A DNA stretch of 64,000 nucleotides, from assembly GCF_000143415.4 (NCBI RefSeq), contig NW_003314388.1, forward strand, positions 62,001 to 126,000, written 5' to 3'. Position numbers and translations under genes: made by a program. The notes beneath the pieces were generated by a model. It was given only the letters and a program-made list of their open reading frames with translations. It did no database searches and was not told where the DNA came from. Of the stretch, positions 1 to 12,991 are shown one piece after another (the stretch's first letter is position 1; each line of letters starts with the position of its first letter). The stretch is from Selaginella moellendorffii (lineage: Eukaryota > Plantae > Lycopodiophyta).

Positions 1-1509
1 AAGTGTTGTCTTAGTAAAGTAGTATATATATTCTGCAAGTAATCAGGCTCATACGTTGAATGAATTTCAATTAAATTTTGTAAAATTTAATGCTATAGTT
101 CCCCCTTGCTAGATCTATTTTGATTTACCATTAATGGTCTTTATTAAAAGTAGTCTATTTGTCAATGGGGTTTTTCATATTTATCCTTTAAAAAACCATA
201 GAGTCAGATTTTAACATGCTTGAAACCAAAAAAAAGTAAAGAGGGGGTGATAACAAAGTGAGGATCAATGGAACTAAAGTCTGTTTTTGTGTAACCTAGA
301 TCCATGCTATTCACTCCACAAATGCATGCTCTTAATCCTTATAGGTTGTGAACTCTATGCATTATCTATGTCCCCAGCCTCATGTCGTTTTTGTATGATT
401 ACACTCATTATACCAATATAAGAGTTGATTGTGGAATCAATTAAGGTACACCACCCTCACTCAATCTCCATCCGTATGACATTTATGTTAGGGCTCTAGC
501 CTCAACCTTCTCTCACTTTTGCACTAGTGTGCTTACAGAAATGCTAATCTTTATATCTCTCACACTCAAGTGTGTCTTTTATACAAGAGAGGGAATATTT
601 TGAGGATCAAAATATTTTTAGCATCTAGCTATCTCTACAACATATAACTAGGGAGGAATGTGCCAGACTTTGTCACGCATGAGGACCTATGACCAAATTG
701 TTGTGTTGATGCTTTATACCAGTTATTGCTGGAAAGTGAAGAAACAACAAAAAAAAAAACAAAGGAGGAAGACAAAGGAAAAGCCAAAGAGAAGTGATGA
801 AACCAAGAGAAAGAAGAGGGGGGGAGAATGTGAAGTTTTGGAGTTCCATATGGGAAAAACCACATGGGAAAAATTAACATGGCTTAACACAAAAAAGTGG
901 CTACCCCACTGACTAACATGTTAGTTTATACCTAAGGTAAACACAAAACAAAGAGCAATATAACCCAACGAGACATAAACTAATATCTTAAATAGTTGGT
1001 TATGCTTCCAATTATCCCTATTATACATTTGGGATGTTGGAATGTTGGAATGATATTAGATTTAGGATGATGTTAAATTGCGAATTAGGACTTATAAACA
1101 ATACTATCATATTCAAGATATTCTCTATAGTTTATAAAGATGCTTTATTAGTAGATCTAAATGCTTTCTATAAATAGTAATGAAACATAAATACATAATG
1201 AGAGTGTAAGGAATATAATAAACTACCATTTAATGATATTGAGGGGCTAAACTCAATATCACAAGGGCTTTTTCCACTAGTCAGTGCAAAACAAAAGAGC
1301 TCTTTATTGGATTAAGCATGCTTGACTAAGAATTTCCTTATACTTCTTTAGTTTAAGTATACTTGTTATGCCCAATTAATTTCACAGCACAAAGACTAAT
1401 AGAAAAGCCAAAAAGCATCAATCTTCTAGTGATATAGCAATAAAAGAAGAATGTTAAAAAAAAACTAGTTCACAAATATTGTTCAATAACCAAAATAAGA
1501 TTTGAGGCA

Positions 1510-3931
1510 CTAAGCTTGTTATCCATAAATAATTCTTGTGTAAGTAGCAATGGTATTTGTAAATGAGGACCTTCTAGATCGTTTGATATATCCATTTGAA
1601 AGTTGGGTGATTCATGATACAATTCATGGATATCAATTGATATGAGACCAAGCTCCTTGTAAATTTGGTGCTAACCAGATCAAGGGTCATGTTGTAATAA
1701 TTCTAATACATAAGAAGGTATATACTTTATTCAGGATGAGAGCAAGAATATGTCAAGCAAAGTGTCAATGGTGGTGAAAGCACTTGTGTTTTGGTCTCTA
1801 TTTAGATTAGACTTACCCTACTTTAGTGCCCTTTTTCCATGTTTTATGCTGTTATAGAAGGTCATAGAGTTATGGTAGTCACCCTACCATATTAATTTAT
1901 ATATTAGCTTTCTCTCTTCTTGTTTTCCCTCTTGTCAACATTATTAGCAGTGCATTTTTATATACTGATTAGGAATAGGCCTAGAGATACCATTATTTGG
2001 GAATCAATTACAATCTAACAAGTTTAAAATATTCTCTAATTAAAATTCCTAGACCAATTAAGTGCTCCAAAGCTGGTGCTCTATATTAATATTTCAGAGA
2101 AATTTTTTAATAACATCAATATAAGACTAGCATATTTAGTTTGATTCACTAATTGACATAAAGCAGATTTTGAAGTTTTGATTCTAAATTAGAATATCAA
2201 CCATTTAAAAATTTGTGTTATAACCACTTATACTTATTATTACATATTTAAGGTCATCTAGCTAAGAAAAACAGTTTTCAAAGATGCTATACTTACCTTT
2301 TGAAATACATGTGTGGATAAGAATCTTGATTGAAGTCATGACCAACTTCCTTTGAGATGGATTTCTAAATCCAGATCCAAAACTCTAGTTACTATCTTTA
2401 GTCACCCTAAATGAAAGAATTGTTTCTCAAATAAGATCTTTGAATTTTTTCTCAAGTATTTTCTGGAAGAAGAGTCATTTCTTCCCAAGTTTCATCTAAA
2501 TGAAACATATTAGAATATTCATATATTCTAGACATATCCACTCTCTAGAAAGTATATTAAAAAAAGCTAATTTTTTTAATATAAAATTTGTTGAAAGCAA
2601 AACAAATCTGTTATAATATTTAATGTAAATATTTTGTTAAAATTATTTTAACAAAAAAGAATTTGTCTTTTGCAATATTGAAAAAAACTTTAAATTTTAA
2701 ATTATTTAAATTTTAGTTATTAATATTTTACATTAAATTTAATATATAAATATATACAAATCCTAAATATTTCCGTATGGCTAAATATATTAGATGTATA
2801 TTATTATTATTATTATTATTAATATTAACATATGGTGATGATCCTGAATTTGATTTTCCTAATAGCATAGATAATATTGATATGAGTACAATTGTTGATG
2901 CTATTGATGAATTAATACGTTTTATTGATCAAAATGAAAACTATCCAATAAATTGGTCTAATAGTATATCAGTGCTTTTAACCAGTGGAATTGTTTTAAT
3001 TAAAATTTCACGTTATTCTGGATATGCTCCTAATTGTGAAGCAAGTGGAGGACAAGGTCATACTTTGGGGCGTTCTTTGTATGAAGGCCTCAGAAGATTA
3101 TTTCGAAAATATTTTAATCAAATATTATTAACTGCTGCAAATTCTATAAAGCTCACTTCTAAAAATTTTGAAATCTCTTATGATAGAGATGGTATATCAG
3201 AACCTGAATTTAATAATAATTCAGTAGTAAAGAAACCAAAATCAATATATGATTGTAATATTTTTCAAAGTATAATTATAAGTGGTAAAAAACATAACCA
3301 TTATCATACATTATTTCAAGATAGCTTTTTATTATCTCCAAATAAAAATAATATCTTACTTCTAAATTTAAGTTGTAATCTTGTACTTTATTCTGGAAAA
3401 AATATAATTTGGGAAATTAAAACTAACAAGAAATACAATTCAAAATGTTTTTTACAAAATCAAATTAACGGAAATATAGTTCTCTTTTCATTATTGCATA
3501 ATGTAGAGTGGACAACTAATTTACATTGTAAAACATATTCTAATTGTATTTTCCTTACATTTTTAAGCCTTCAAAATGATTGTAATTTGGTTTTATATTC
3601 ATCAAGTTTTCCTAATAAAGCATTTTGGTCAAGTGGAACTTATAAACATAATTTATGTGTAAGATAAATGGATTCAAGTATTTAATTTTTAATTGATTTT
3701 AAATATAAATAAAATTTCTATATGAATATAATGAATAAATCTTAGGTGTGTAGTGTATATTAAACATAACATATATCCTTAATTATAGCAATATAGAGCT
3801 GGGGGTGATTGTCCTCCACACCCTTGATAGTAAGCCCCTCTAAAGTGGTGCCTAAACTTGTGATCAATGAATACATTTTGTATAAGTAGTAATGGTATTT
3901 GTAAATAAGTAGCTTAGAGATGGATTGATAT
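1510..3931 (+). repeat. Pair of diverged ~80-bp direct repeats (1510-1589 and 3852-3931) flanking the lectin gene
   Basis: Both read ctaa(g/a)cttgt(t/g)atc...taagtag(c/t)aatggtatttgtaaat...ttgatat. Confidence 0.7.
2777..3667 (+). CDS. Secreted protein: signal peptide + ~140-aa unrecognised domain + C-terminal bulb-type (GNA-like, B-lectin) domain; intronless
   Basis: 296-aa ORF in very AT-rich DNA. Hydrophobic N-terminus (ILLLLLLLILTYG). Three B-lectin subdomain repeats: NLSCNLVLY..IW, QINGNIVLF..EW, QNDCNLVLY..FWSSGT (consensus QxDxNxVxY). TATATAAA ~30 nt upstream. Confidence 0.8.
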   Translation: MAKYIRCILLLLLLLILTYGDDPEFDFPNSIDNIDMSTIVDAIDELIRFIDQNENYPINWSNSISVLLTSGIVLIKISRYSGYAPNCEASGGQGHTLGRSLYEGLRRLFRKYFNQILLTAANSIKLTSKNFEISYDRDGISEPEFNNNSVVKKPKSIYDCNIFQSIIISGKKHNHYHTLFQDSFLLSPNKNNILLLNLSCNLVLYSGKNIIWEIKTNKKYNSKCFLQNQINGNIVLFSLLHNVEWTTNLHCKTYSNCIFLTFLSLQNDCNLVLYSSSFPNKAFWSSGTYKHNLCVR

Positions 3932-5678
3932 GATAGACAGCTGATCCTGAAAGTAGTATAACAAAAAGCACACTAATTGAGTGTGTTATAGCTAAGAGTG
4001 CAAATGAGGTTTCTTCCTCTTCAATGGTAGTGCCTTCTATTCAACAGAAATGCCTATCACTCAATCCTTTGTCGATGGTAGTGCCATTTTATTCAATGGC
4101 AATGCCTACCACTCAATCCTTTGTCACTTTTTGAACCTCACTTTCTACTAACATTCTTGCATATTTTGAAATGATGAGCTCCTTGTAAGTTTTTGAATTT
4201 GCACCCAACACAATACTATTCAAACTTAAAGATATGTAACCCCAAATATCCATGACTTTTAACTAATTAGAAAAGAATGTGCACTTGTGAATAGAAGCTA
4301 TGAGCCATAACTCTTTTGAGCCCTGCCCTCTTAATATAGCCCCAAACATCCTAAAACCCTAAACCAATTGGAAAATGATGTACACTTGTGAACAAAAGTT
4401 AAAAGCTACAACTCTCCCAAGAAATCTGCTCTCTTGACATAAAGAATCAATGTGGTATTCCTTTTATACTAAATGTAAGCTCAGAAATTTAGACCTCTCT
4501 AATACCAAATGTAAGCTCATGAATTTGGACTTCTTAGAAGGTCACCTAACCTAATATTATTCAAACTTAAAAACATTTAACCCCAAGTGTCGCAAATGTG
4601 ATTTTGGGTATTGAAAGTTATTTGTTGACTAATTCTTTTGAATATTCTTTCCTTACTACAACAATGGTAGGAAGTCAGTATTGTTAGACCCTTTATTAAT
4701 CCCTTTGTAAATGACTAAATTTTCTATTCTACTTTAGTCACTTAACCATACTTTCAACCACTTAAAGAAGTCTTACTCACAACTTTCATAAATCTTATTC
4801 CGAACTTGGGGACGTGCTAGCCTCGAGAATGGCATCTATGCCCCTCAACCTTTGCACTTGATCCAAGTGCTCCACATGTCTGATCTCATAACTGACACCA
4901 CCACCAACATATTAACCCGTTATGCTAAAGTTATGCCCATTCACCTTTGTCACACTGGTGATCCAACACCATTTACACCACAATCCCATCTTTCAAAAAT
5001 TGAGCTATCCATCCATGAGTGATCATTCTAGATCCACTCCTTAGCATCCTTAGGATGCCCACAAACATAGGGAATGGCTTTCCCCAATATCCCTTTTTTA
5101 ATCCCCACCAAGTTCCTTTTCATCCATGGCCGTGTTTACCAACACTACCACTAGGTTAAGGTCCAAAGGCCCGACCACTATATCCCCTTGACATCTAAGA
5201 CTTCCTCACCATGGGACCGTATCTTTGGTCTCTACACCAAAGGATTGCTCCTCTTCCTTTCCACACTCCAAGACTTTGGGATAACATTTCAGAACACTAT
5301 AGCCTTATGCGAGCCTCATGGGTACTCTCCCCACCTTCTGCTTTTGGGTGCCCTAGCCATAGGCTAGAACGAGATTCCATTGAGCCACGCCAAGTATCCA
5401 AGTAGGTAGTGCCACCCACACTTGGATTGGGAGTATCAACTATTCGATCTCTCGAGGGAACTAAAACCGGCTCTTGAATATTTTACCAAGTTACCCCATT
5501 TGTTGGTTCGTATTCACTCTAGTTTTGGACTCGTCAATGGATATATCATCACCCAACACATGGGTATAGCCTTCCTTAGTCATACTAGCCTTTTCTAACC
5601 AAACTAGTTCCACTGGAGTCTAATCCCCACATTCTCCCTACTATACTTTTAGAACCACTTGCAACCCCCCCCCCCCCC

Positions 5679-5960
5679 CCCCCCCCGGGGGACGATCACT
5701 TTGGGCTTTCACCCAATAGCCTACATTAGTATTTGGACTCGGACTCGGTTTTGGTTTTGGTTTTGGTTTTGGTCTCGGTCTTGGTTCCATCTCGGACTCC
5801 ATCTCAGGTCCATCTTGGACTCCATCTCGGGTCCATTTAGGACTTTATCTCGGGTCCATCTTGGACTCCATTTTGGACTCCATCTTGGGTCCATCTTGGA
5901 CTCCATCTCAAACTCCATCTCGGGTCCATCTTGGGTCCATCTCGAACTCCATTTTGTTTC
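5679..5960. repeat. Poly-C run followed by (TTTTGG)n and a degenerate 11-12-nt tandem array (ggactccatct/gggtccatct)
   Basis: Directly visible; produces the low-complexity ORFs 5659-6105 and 5721-5984. Confidence 0.85.
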
Positions 5961-6344
5961 CATTTCGACACTTCCACGTGTCATGTTTTGGTCCTCTTGT
6001 ATCCCTTTTCTAAAGACTCACTTATTGCTTGCTTTGTGCTTGCTCCTTAAGCACTTCATTAAGTGTTCCACTTCTGCTCTTGATTTTTCAAGTTGGAGCT
6101 TTTAGTCCAAATCTGTTACTCTTGTTTGGCTTCTGCTTTTGCCATTACCATGTGGCACCCTTTCAACTCCACTTTTGGGGCTTTGGGATTTGTGTCTCAC
6201 ACCCTCTTATTTAGGGGGGGTTTGGGTTCCAAATGTATAGTAGAGATAGTGGGTAGGTCAAGTATACCTGACCAATCTGAGGCATAGTTTTAGCTCCTGC
6301 TTGCATGCTTGTCCTTGTCCTAGGTTCCGCTCTATTGTCCTTGA

Positions 6345-8075
6345 ACACATGGCATGTGGCATATAAAGGGTTTAGGTTCTGCTTCATGGTTAGTGGATCT
6401 CAATTGGGAACTTCCTTCCAAGAACAAAAAGCTCGGCATCAGCTATAGCTGATATGAGGTATTACAAACATCTAATAATGACTTCCATCATAATCATTGG
6501 CATGCTTAATGTATGGTAAATCACTATAGGATAAAGGGTGAAAACCACGTGTGCTACATTTAGTATTAGAGGATGAGTCTTAGCTAGTACTATCCAATGA
6601 GATTGAGTAACTAGTCTCATTGCATATGCAGAAATGAAAACAATGATCCAAATGGGTATATGTTTGGGTGCTAAGACTTCGTATTCGTTCATTGGGTATG
6701 GATTTAGTTACTTTTTTGTACCATATTATATGACCTAAGGATTTTCTTACCTTTTTGTACCATATTATGTGAGGTTGCTCTTGGGCTCGTAGGTGTAAGC
6801 TCATGAGTTTGGACTTCCTAGGAGGTCATCGAGCCCAATACTATTCAAACCCAAGGACGCTTAGCCTTAAATATTTGTCACGAATATGACTTCAGGTATC
6901 AAAAGTTACCTGTCGACCTGTCCTTATGAACACTCTTTCCTTACTGCCACAACGGTAAGAGGTCAGTATTGCTAGACCTGTTATCAGTTCCCACTTGAGC
7001 TAGTTGAGAAATTGGTCAATGACTATACATTTAAATTACATAAACATAAGGTAGGAACTCTATGTGTTTCTTGCTGAGCATACTCGGCCTGGTTTGAGAA
7101 ACTTATGTCATTGGCTTGCACTTGCTAGTATCAAGAACCCCCGTGATATTGATATTGGTCCCTTAATATTTGCTAAATGATAGCTTACTGTGTTTGCCAA
7201 ACACCCTCGTTCTCATGCCTTTTGTGTTAGTCTAATTTCAGTCCCAAATGTTAATTATAAAAAGTGTCTAGATTTGCTCATTTGGCATATCTACAGAATG
7301 TAGAGATTGTTTTAAACATAATATTGTTCATCCCGTGTCCAAATTTGCAATCTAAGGACATTCTATATTTAGTAAGTTTTGAGTTTGTCTCAAAGATTAA
7401 CTCCTTGTACTAAGGGAGGCTTGGGGTGAAAGCCTAAAGCGGGTGGGTCTACTCCTAAACTCCACACTATGCTAGCTGGTGGAGTACCCATATCCTCACA
7501 TTAGGCCACTAATATGCTGAAATAGTGCCAAACTCCATTTGGCTCCATTTTGCGTACTGATATTAGCATTGGGATGTTAGGTACTTTAGGACTATTCCAA
7601 GTCACTCTATACTCTTGTCCTTTCACTCCTTAGGCTGTATGCTCGAGAGTTGCTCTATGGTCTGGTTCCTTTCCTTTTTGGCTCCACACTTGGGAGTTTG
7701 GCACCGTTCCTTAGTTCAATGGCCCAAAGCCCTAAAAATCAGGTTCCACACCACTATCCTTTGGATACGTGGCATGTGATACATAACATATGACACGTGG
7801 CATATAGAGGGTTTAAGTTCTGCTTCGTGGTTATCTTATAGTAAATCACTATAGGATAAAGGGTAAAAACCATATGTGCTACATTTGGTATCAGAGTTAG
7901 AGTCTCAGTGAGTACTATCTAATGAGATTAGGCAACTAATCTTGTTGTATATGCAGAGATGAAAACGATGATCCAAGTGAGTACACGTTTGGGTGCAAAA
8001 GCTTTGCAATCATTCCTTGGGTACAAGTTTAGTTACCTTTTTGTATAATATTATGTGACCTTGCTCTTGGGCTCA
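6345..8075 (+). mobile_element. Two decayed copies (~6345-6790 and ~7790-8075) of an old LTR end + tRNA-iMet PBS + leader
   Basis: Aligned direct repeats. The second has ...GCTACA tt TGGTATCAGAG (7886-7896), the canonical plant iMet PBS. The first has the decayed TAGTATTAGAG (6561-6571). Confidence 0.7.
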
Positions 8076-9359
8076 TAAGATAGATTGAGATGTTCTGTTT
8101 AACACGAATTTGTGCTTGGGCTCGTGAGTGAAGCACATTAGCAACTCAAGGTTACATTTTGAGTTGGCAGGATTAATGTTAGCCTATTGGTGGTTCCATG
8201 AGTTGATTCATGTACTATGGGAAAAAGTAAACCTTCCCTAGGTTTGCTACAAGTGGCAAATACGCTAGTCCATAGCTGTTTAGCACAATATTAATAGATC
8301 CTTCTTAAGCATGATTACAAGTGGATCAACCAAGATTATAGAGATTAGTCTGTTGGTTCAAATAGTCATTGCTGTGCTCTCTTATAAACTTTTCTTGGAT
8401 CGAATTGAAGGCAGTGTGAAAGCAACCTTAAGGTTTGGTCAAAGATGAGACCGAAAAGAGAGTCGTTGGGGACAAAGGATCAAATACGTAAATCATTTTC
8501 TCTTCTTGGAAAGATGATCTGCAACAAAGTGTTAATTCATTGCTTGTGTTCATATTATGCAATCAAGAGTCCCTATCTTGATGCATGTTAGAGATGATTG
8601 TCTTATAAATGGTGAGTTGTGGGATGGATAACGATGAAGTGCTATACCATTTTATCTAGGCTTGTTACTGAAGACTTGGGTTATAATGTTTCTAGAGAAC
8701 CTTGCTATTGCTCCTTGAGTAGCTTGGTGTTGGATTAGTTTTGAGTTTGTTTGGATAAACAGTTGTATGAGCTTGTTCGTATTGTGAACAAAAGTTAATG
8801 GTGTTGGGTGTTGTAAGTCTCTATTGGTGGAGTGTGGTATTTATGTTGCATTTTGTTGAATTAAGTTCACATTTGATACTTATATAAACCTTTGAAGTAA
8901 TGACATCGGCATTGCTCGTGGTGTTGCTTGATTGATGATCAAGACATTGTGATTTTTATATCATATATATGTAATAATGAGCAATGTGTTTACGAAGTTT
9001 CTTAGTTACACAATGATCAACCCCAATGTGGTTGATAGTGAAGTTAGTCTAGTTGCATGTAGCAGTATTATAGTAGCTTTGATTGGATTCTTGATGGTGG
9101 TCCATTATGCTAAGCTTGAGTTAATACCTTATTTCCTTGAGGGTTTGCCCATTGAGATGTAGGAAAGGGTTATAGCATTCACTTGCTATAGCTTGTCGAT
9201 GAATTCATTGCACTTAGAATAGATTATTGGATGGAGAACATATGTAGTTGAGGCATTAACAATGCTAGCACTTGTGTTAGTGAAAGTGACATTATTGTTT
9301 CAAATGATGAGGAATTTCCCTTAGACCTTGATTTTTCATGTTGTTTTTCTTGTTAGTGT

Positions 9360-9746
9360 TGTCAAGACCCCCAACAAGATCAAGACTGGAAAATGCTAAA
9401 GACAAAGAGAAAAAGCTAGTGAAAACAAAGAAGAGGCCTTAGACTGGTGTTGATTCAGATTGTGGAGAAATGGAACAAGGCTAACCTATATATACTATAG
9501 GTTGATGAAGCTCCACCACTCTTGGATCGAGGACAGCCTAAATACAGCTGAGGTCGAGGAGGTGCCACATCATCATCAGGAATGTGGCTCGAGACTCAGG
9601 AATCGGGAAGTGTCTCGAGAGTCAGGAATAGGGAAGTGTCTCGAGAGTCAGGAATAGAGAAGTGTCTCGAGAGTCAGGAATGTGGTCTGCAGGTCAGGAA
9701 TCCGGCGAGAGTCAGGAATGTGGCAAGAATTGGGGGATTCCTGACA
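9360..9746 (-). repeat. 3' LTR
   Basis: TG..CA termini; no difference from 14574-14960 found by eye; contains 26-nt tandem repeats (gtctcgagagtcaggaatagggaagt) in U3. Confidence 0.97.
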
Positions 9747-9748
9747 GC

Positions 9749-9760
9749 ACCCCCTCCTCA
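9749..9760 (-). other. Polypurine tract
   Basis: Minus strand TGAGGAGGGGGTGC immediately before the 3' LTR. Confidence 0.85.
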
Positions 9761-12700
9761 AGAACGAGTGGAACGAGGATGTGAACGAGAACGAAGAGGA
9801 GGATGAGATGAGCGGCGAGGGATGGGAGATGGAGAAAAAGAATGAGGACTGGGACGAGAAGGATAGCGGCGGTGGAAGTCCTGAACAAGGTCAGGAGAAT
9901 GAATCAGGTTGTCCGCAGGTTCCCAAGTGCGTTCCTCAGGTCCGTAACCCTTCCAGTCCACCAAATAGTAGAGTTTAGATCGTGAAATCTTGGAATCAAG
10001 GATGTCCTGAACCTCGTACTCAGACCCATCCTCGAGCTGCACTGGTGGAGGCGGAGGAATGACCCGATTTGGAATAGGACTGGGAATATAAGGCGCAAGG
10101 AGAGAGGAGTGAAAAACGGGGTGAATTTGATATGAGGAGGGAAGTGCAAGGCGATAAGTGACAGGATTAATGATGGCAGTGATAGGGAAAGGACCAAGGC
10201 GTTTGAAATCGAGTTTTGGACAGGGCCTGGTGGTGGAGATATTTCGCCTGAGGAGCCAGACTTTATCCCCGATATTGTAAGGGGGACAATCCTGACGATG
10301 GACATTGGCAAATGTTTTATGAGATTCCTGAGCACGATGGAGGTGGAAGGAGATGGAGTTGTGGATTTCCTGAAGGTTGGAGAGAAATGATTCAGAGCGG
10401 GGATTTGAACGAGAGGATTCAGATGGAGAAGGAAGTGAGAGATTGAATCGGGGATTTCGGCCAGAGTTCGCAAAGAAGGGGGAAACTCGAAGAGAGGAGT
10501 GAACAGAGTTGTTATAGGAGAACTCAGCAAGGGGAAGGATATCGAACCAGTTATCCTGATGATAGTTGATGAAGCACCTCAAGAACTGTTCCAATGTCTG
10601 AATCGTTCGCTCGGACTGCCCATCAATTTGAGGATGATATGCCGAAGAGAGGTTGGCCTTCACTCCAAGCAACTGCAAAAACCGTTGCCAGAAATGAGAG
10701 ATGAACTGAGGCCCCCGATCCGAAACCACATCTATAGGAATCCCATGAAGTCGGAAAATTTCCCTGAATACCAGTTTTGCCATGTCCTCGCCCGAAAACT
10801 CCTTGGTACATGGCAAGAAGTGCGCCATCTTTGTGAAGCGATCCACCACGACTAAAATGCTGTTGAAGCCTCCAGAACTCGGAAGATCACTCAAGAAATC
10901 CATGGAGATGGATTCCCAAGGACCTGAAGGGACCGGAAGGGAACGAAGCAAACCTGAAGGAAGGTGGCGAGGTACCTTATTCCGGGCACAAGTGTCACAG
11001 GAGGTAACAAAAGCTTTGATGTAGTCGTCCATGTGAGGCCACCAAAAGTCCCGTGCAACTAGCTCATAGGTTTTCGCAATGCCGAAGTGACCAGCAGCCG
11101 GGCTATCGTGGCACGCCATCAGAATCAACCTTCGAGCATCACCTTCAGGAACGTAAAGCTGCTCCCCACGGTACAATAAGCCATCTAAGAACTCGAACTC
11201 GTCAAATCGCCGGCAGTCGGGAGTCACTGGGTGTCCAGCCTGAAGATGGGGAAAAATGTCGCTAGCGAGATCATCGGATTGAAGATCGTTTCTGATTGCA
11301 TCCATCAAGGAGGAGTCCTGAGGGGCCAGGGAAATTGCCATAACTTGAAGCCGATCAGGACCGAGGATAACTTGATCCTGTTGATCGAAGGCAGGATTAC
11401 CAGGCCTGAGACTGAGATAGGAGCGCCTTGAAAGAGCATCAGGAAGGCCTTGAAACTTTCCAGGTCTGTACTTGATAACAAAGTCAAACCGACTCAGGAA
11501 TTGTGCCCACCTTGCTTGACGACGGCTTAAAACTCGGGAAGTGGCAAAGTACTCGAGATTTTTGTGATCCGTCCAGACTGTTGTTTGATGGCTCGCCCCC
11601 TCCAAGAAACGGCGCCACTCTCCAAAGGAATCCACGATGGCAAGAAGCTCCTTGTCGTGGATTTCGTAATTGATCTCCGCAGGCTGGAATTTCCGAGAAT
11701 GGAAAGCGACCGGATGAAGTTTGTGATCCGCTCCGAGTTGAGATAGCACAGCACCAATGGCAAAGTCGGAGGCGTCAGCCTCGATGAAGAAAGGTTGTGA
11801 GGAATCAGCATGGATCAAGACAGGAGCAGAACTGAAGGCCGCCTTGAGTGTGTCGAAAGCCTGCTGGGCAGCAGCAGACCAAGAGAAGGAAACATCCTTG
11901 CGAGTGAGATGTGTGAGAGGAAGGACAATGTCAGAGTAGTGATCAATGAATTTGCGGTAGAAGTTGGCGAAGCCAAGGAAAACCTGAACGTCTGACATTG
12001 ATTGTGGAGGCTCCCATTCGAGAATAGTCTTGACTTTTGCAGGATCCATCGTGATACCCTCAGGAGTGACAATGTACCCAAGGAACTCCACAGACTACTG
12101 ATCAAAGGAACATTTCTCAAGCTTCGCGTATAGGCCGTGTTCTCGCAGCTTCGCTAGCACCTTGCGAACATGTTCGTCATGCTCCTCCTGAGTTTTTGAG
12201 TAGATGAGGATGTCATCGAGGTAGACGATCACCATCTGATCAAGAAACTCCCGAAAAACATCGTTCGCCATGTGTTGGAAAACCGCTGGAGCATTTGTCA
12301 AGCCAAATGGCATGACAGTGTACTCGAAGTGGCCATAGCGGGTTCGGAACGCAGTCTTCCATTCATCACCAGGCCGGATCCGGATCAGGTTGTATGCTCC
12401 ACGGAGGTCGATCTTGGTGAAGAAGCGGGCACCGCTGAGGCGTTCTAACAGGTCCGAGATCAGGGGCAGTGGATAACGGTTCCGAACAGTCACCTTGTTC
12501 AAACCTCGGTAGTCGATGACTAGCCGCAAGCTCCCATCCTTCTTCTTGACAAAGAAGACAGACGCTCCAGCCGGGGACTGCGAATGCTGAATGTAGCCCG
12601 AGGCAAGGTTCTCATCCACGTACTCTTTGAGGGCCTTAAGCTCGGACGGGGATAACCCGTAGATAGGCCCCCACGGAGGTGACGCTCCTTCCTGTAAATC

Positions 12701-12991
12701 AATGGGACAATCATAAGGCCGATGAACAGGCAGTACACTAGCTTTTTTCTTGTCAAACACATCCCCAAAATCATGATACTTCTCAGGAAGACTGACAGGA
12801 GAAACATGCAAAGCAAAAAGAAAAAGAGGTTCTTCATGAAGGAGTTCTTTCATAGTGATTGTGGAGATAGGAGGAGGAGTACCGACTAAATGGAATGATG
12901 AGACGAGGATACTGTCCAGTGTAATATGGAAGAGAGAAAAAAGAAGAGGATGAAAACTGCGTAGAGTCAGGAACAGAACCCCGACTTGAGT
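9758..12991 (-). CDS. pol: Pol: RT-RNaseH-integrase-chromodomain, with one in-frame TAG at 12095-12097
   Basis: [15 protein letters not shown] and YLDDILIYS; RNase [14 protein letters not shown]; integrase HHCC, SMDF, SDRGPQF, GPF; chromodomain [27 protein letters not shown]. The two ORF-track pieces are in frame: KCSFDQ*SVEFLGY. Confidence 0.93.

Noticed and set aside
5659-6105. 148-aa and 87-aa ORFs over the tandem repeat
   Set aside because: Low-complexity products of the repeat and poly-C run; no recognisable domain.
9575-9746. Regular GTCAGGAAT-containing repeats resembling a CRISPR array
   Set aside because: They are U3 tandem repeats present in both LTRs, without unique spacers or cas genes, in eukaryotic DNA.
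12095-12097. Programmed stop-codon readthrough in RT
   Set aside because: The context TAG TCT GTG is not a known readthrough signal and the position is inside the RT domain; a nonsense mutation is simpler.
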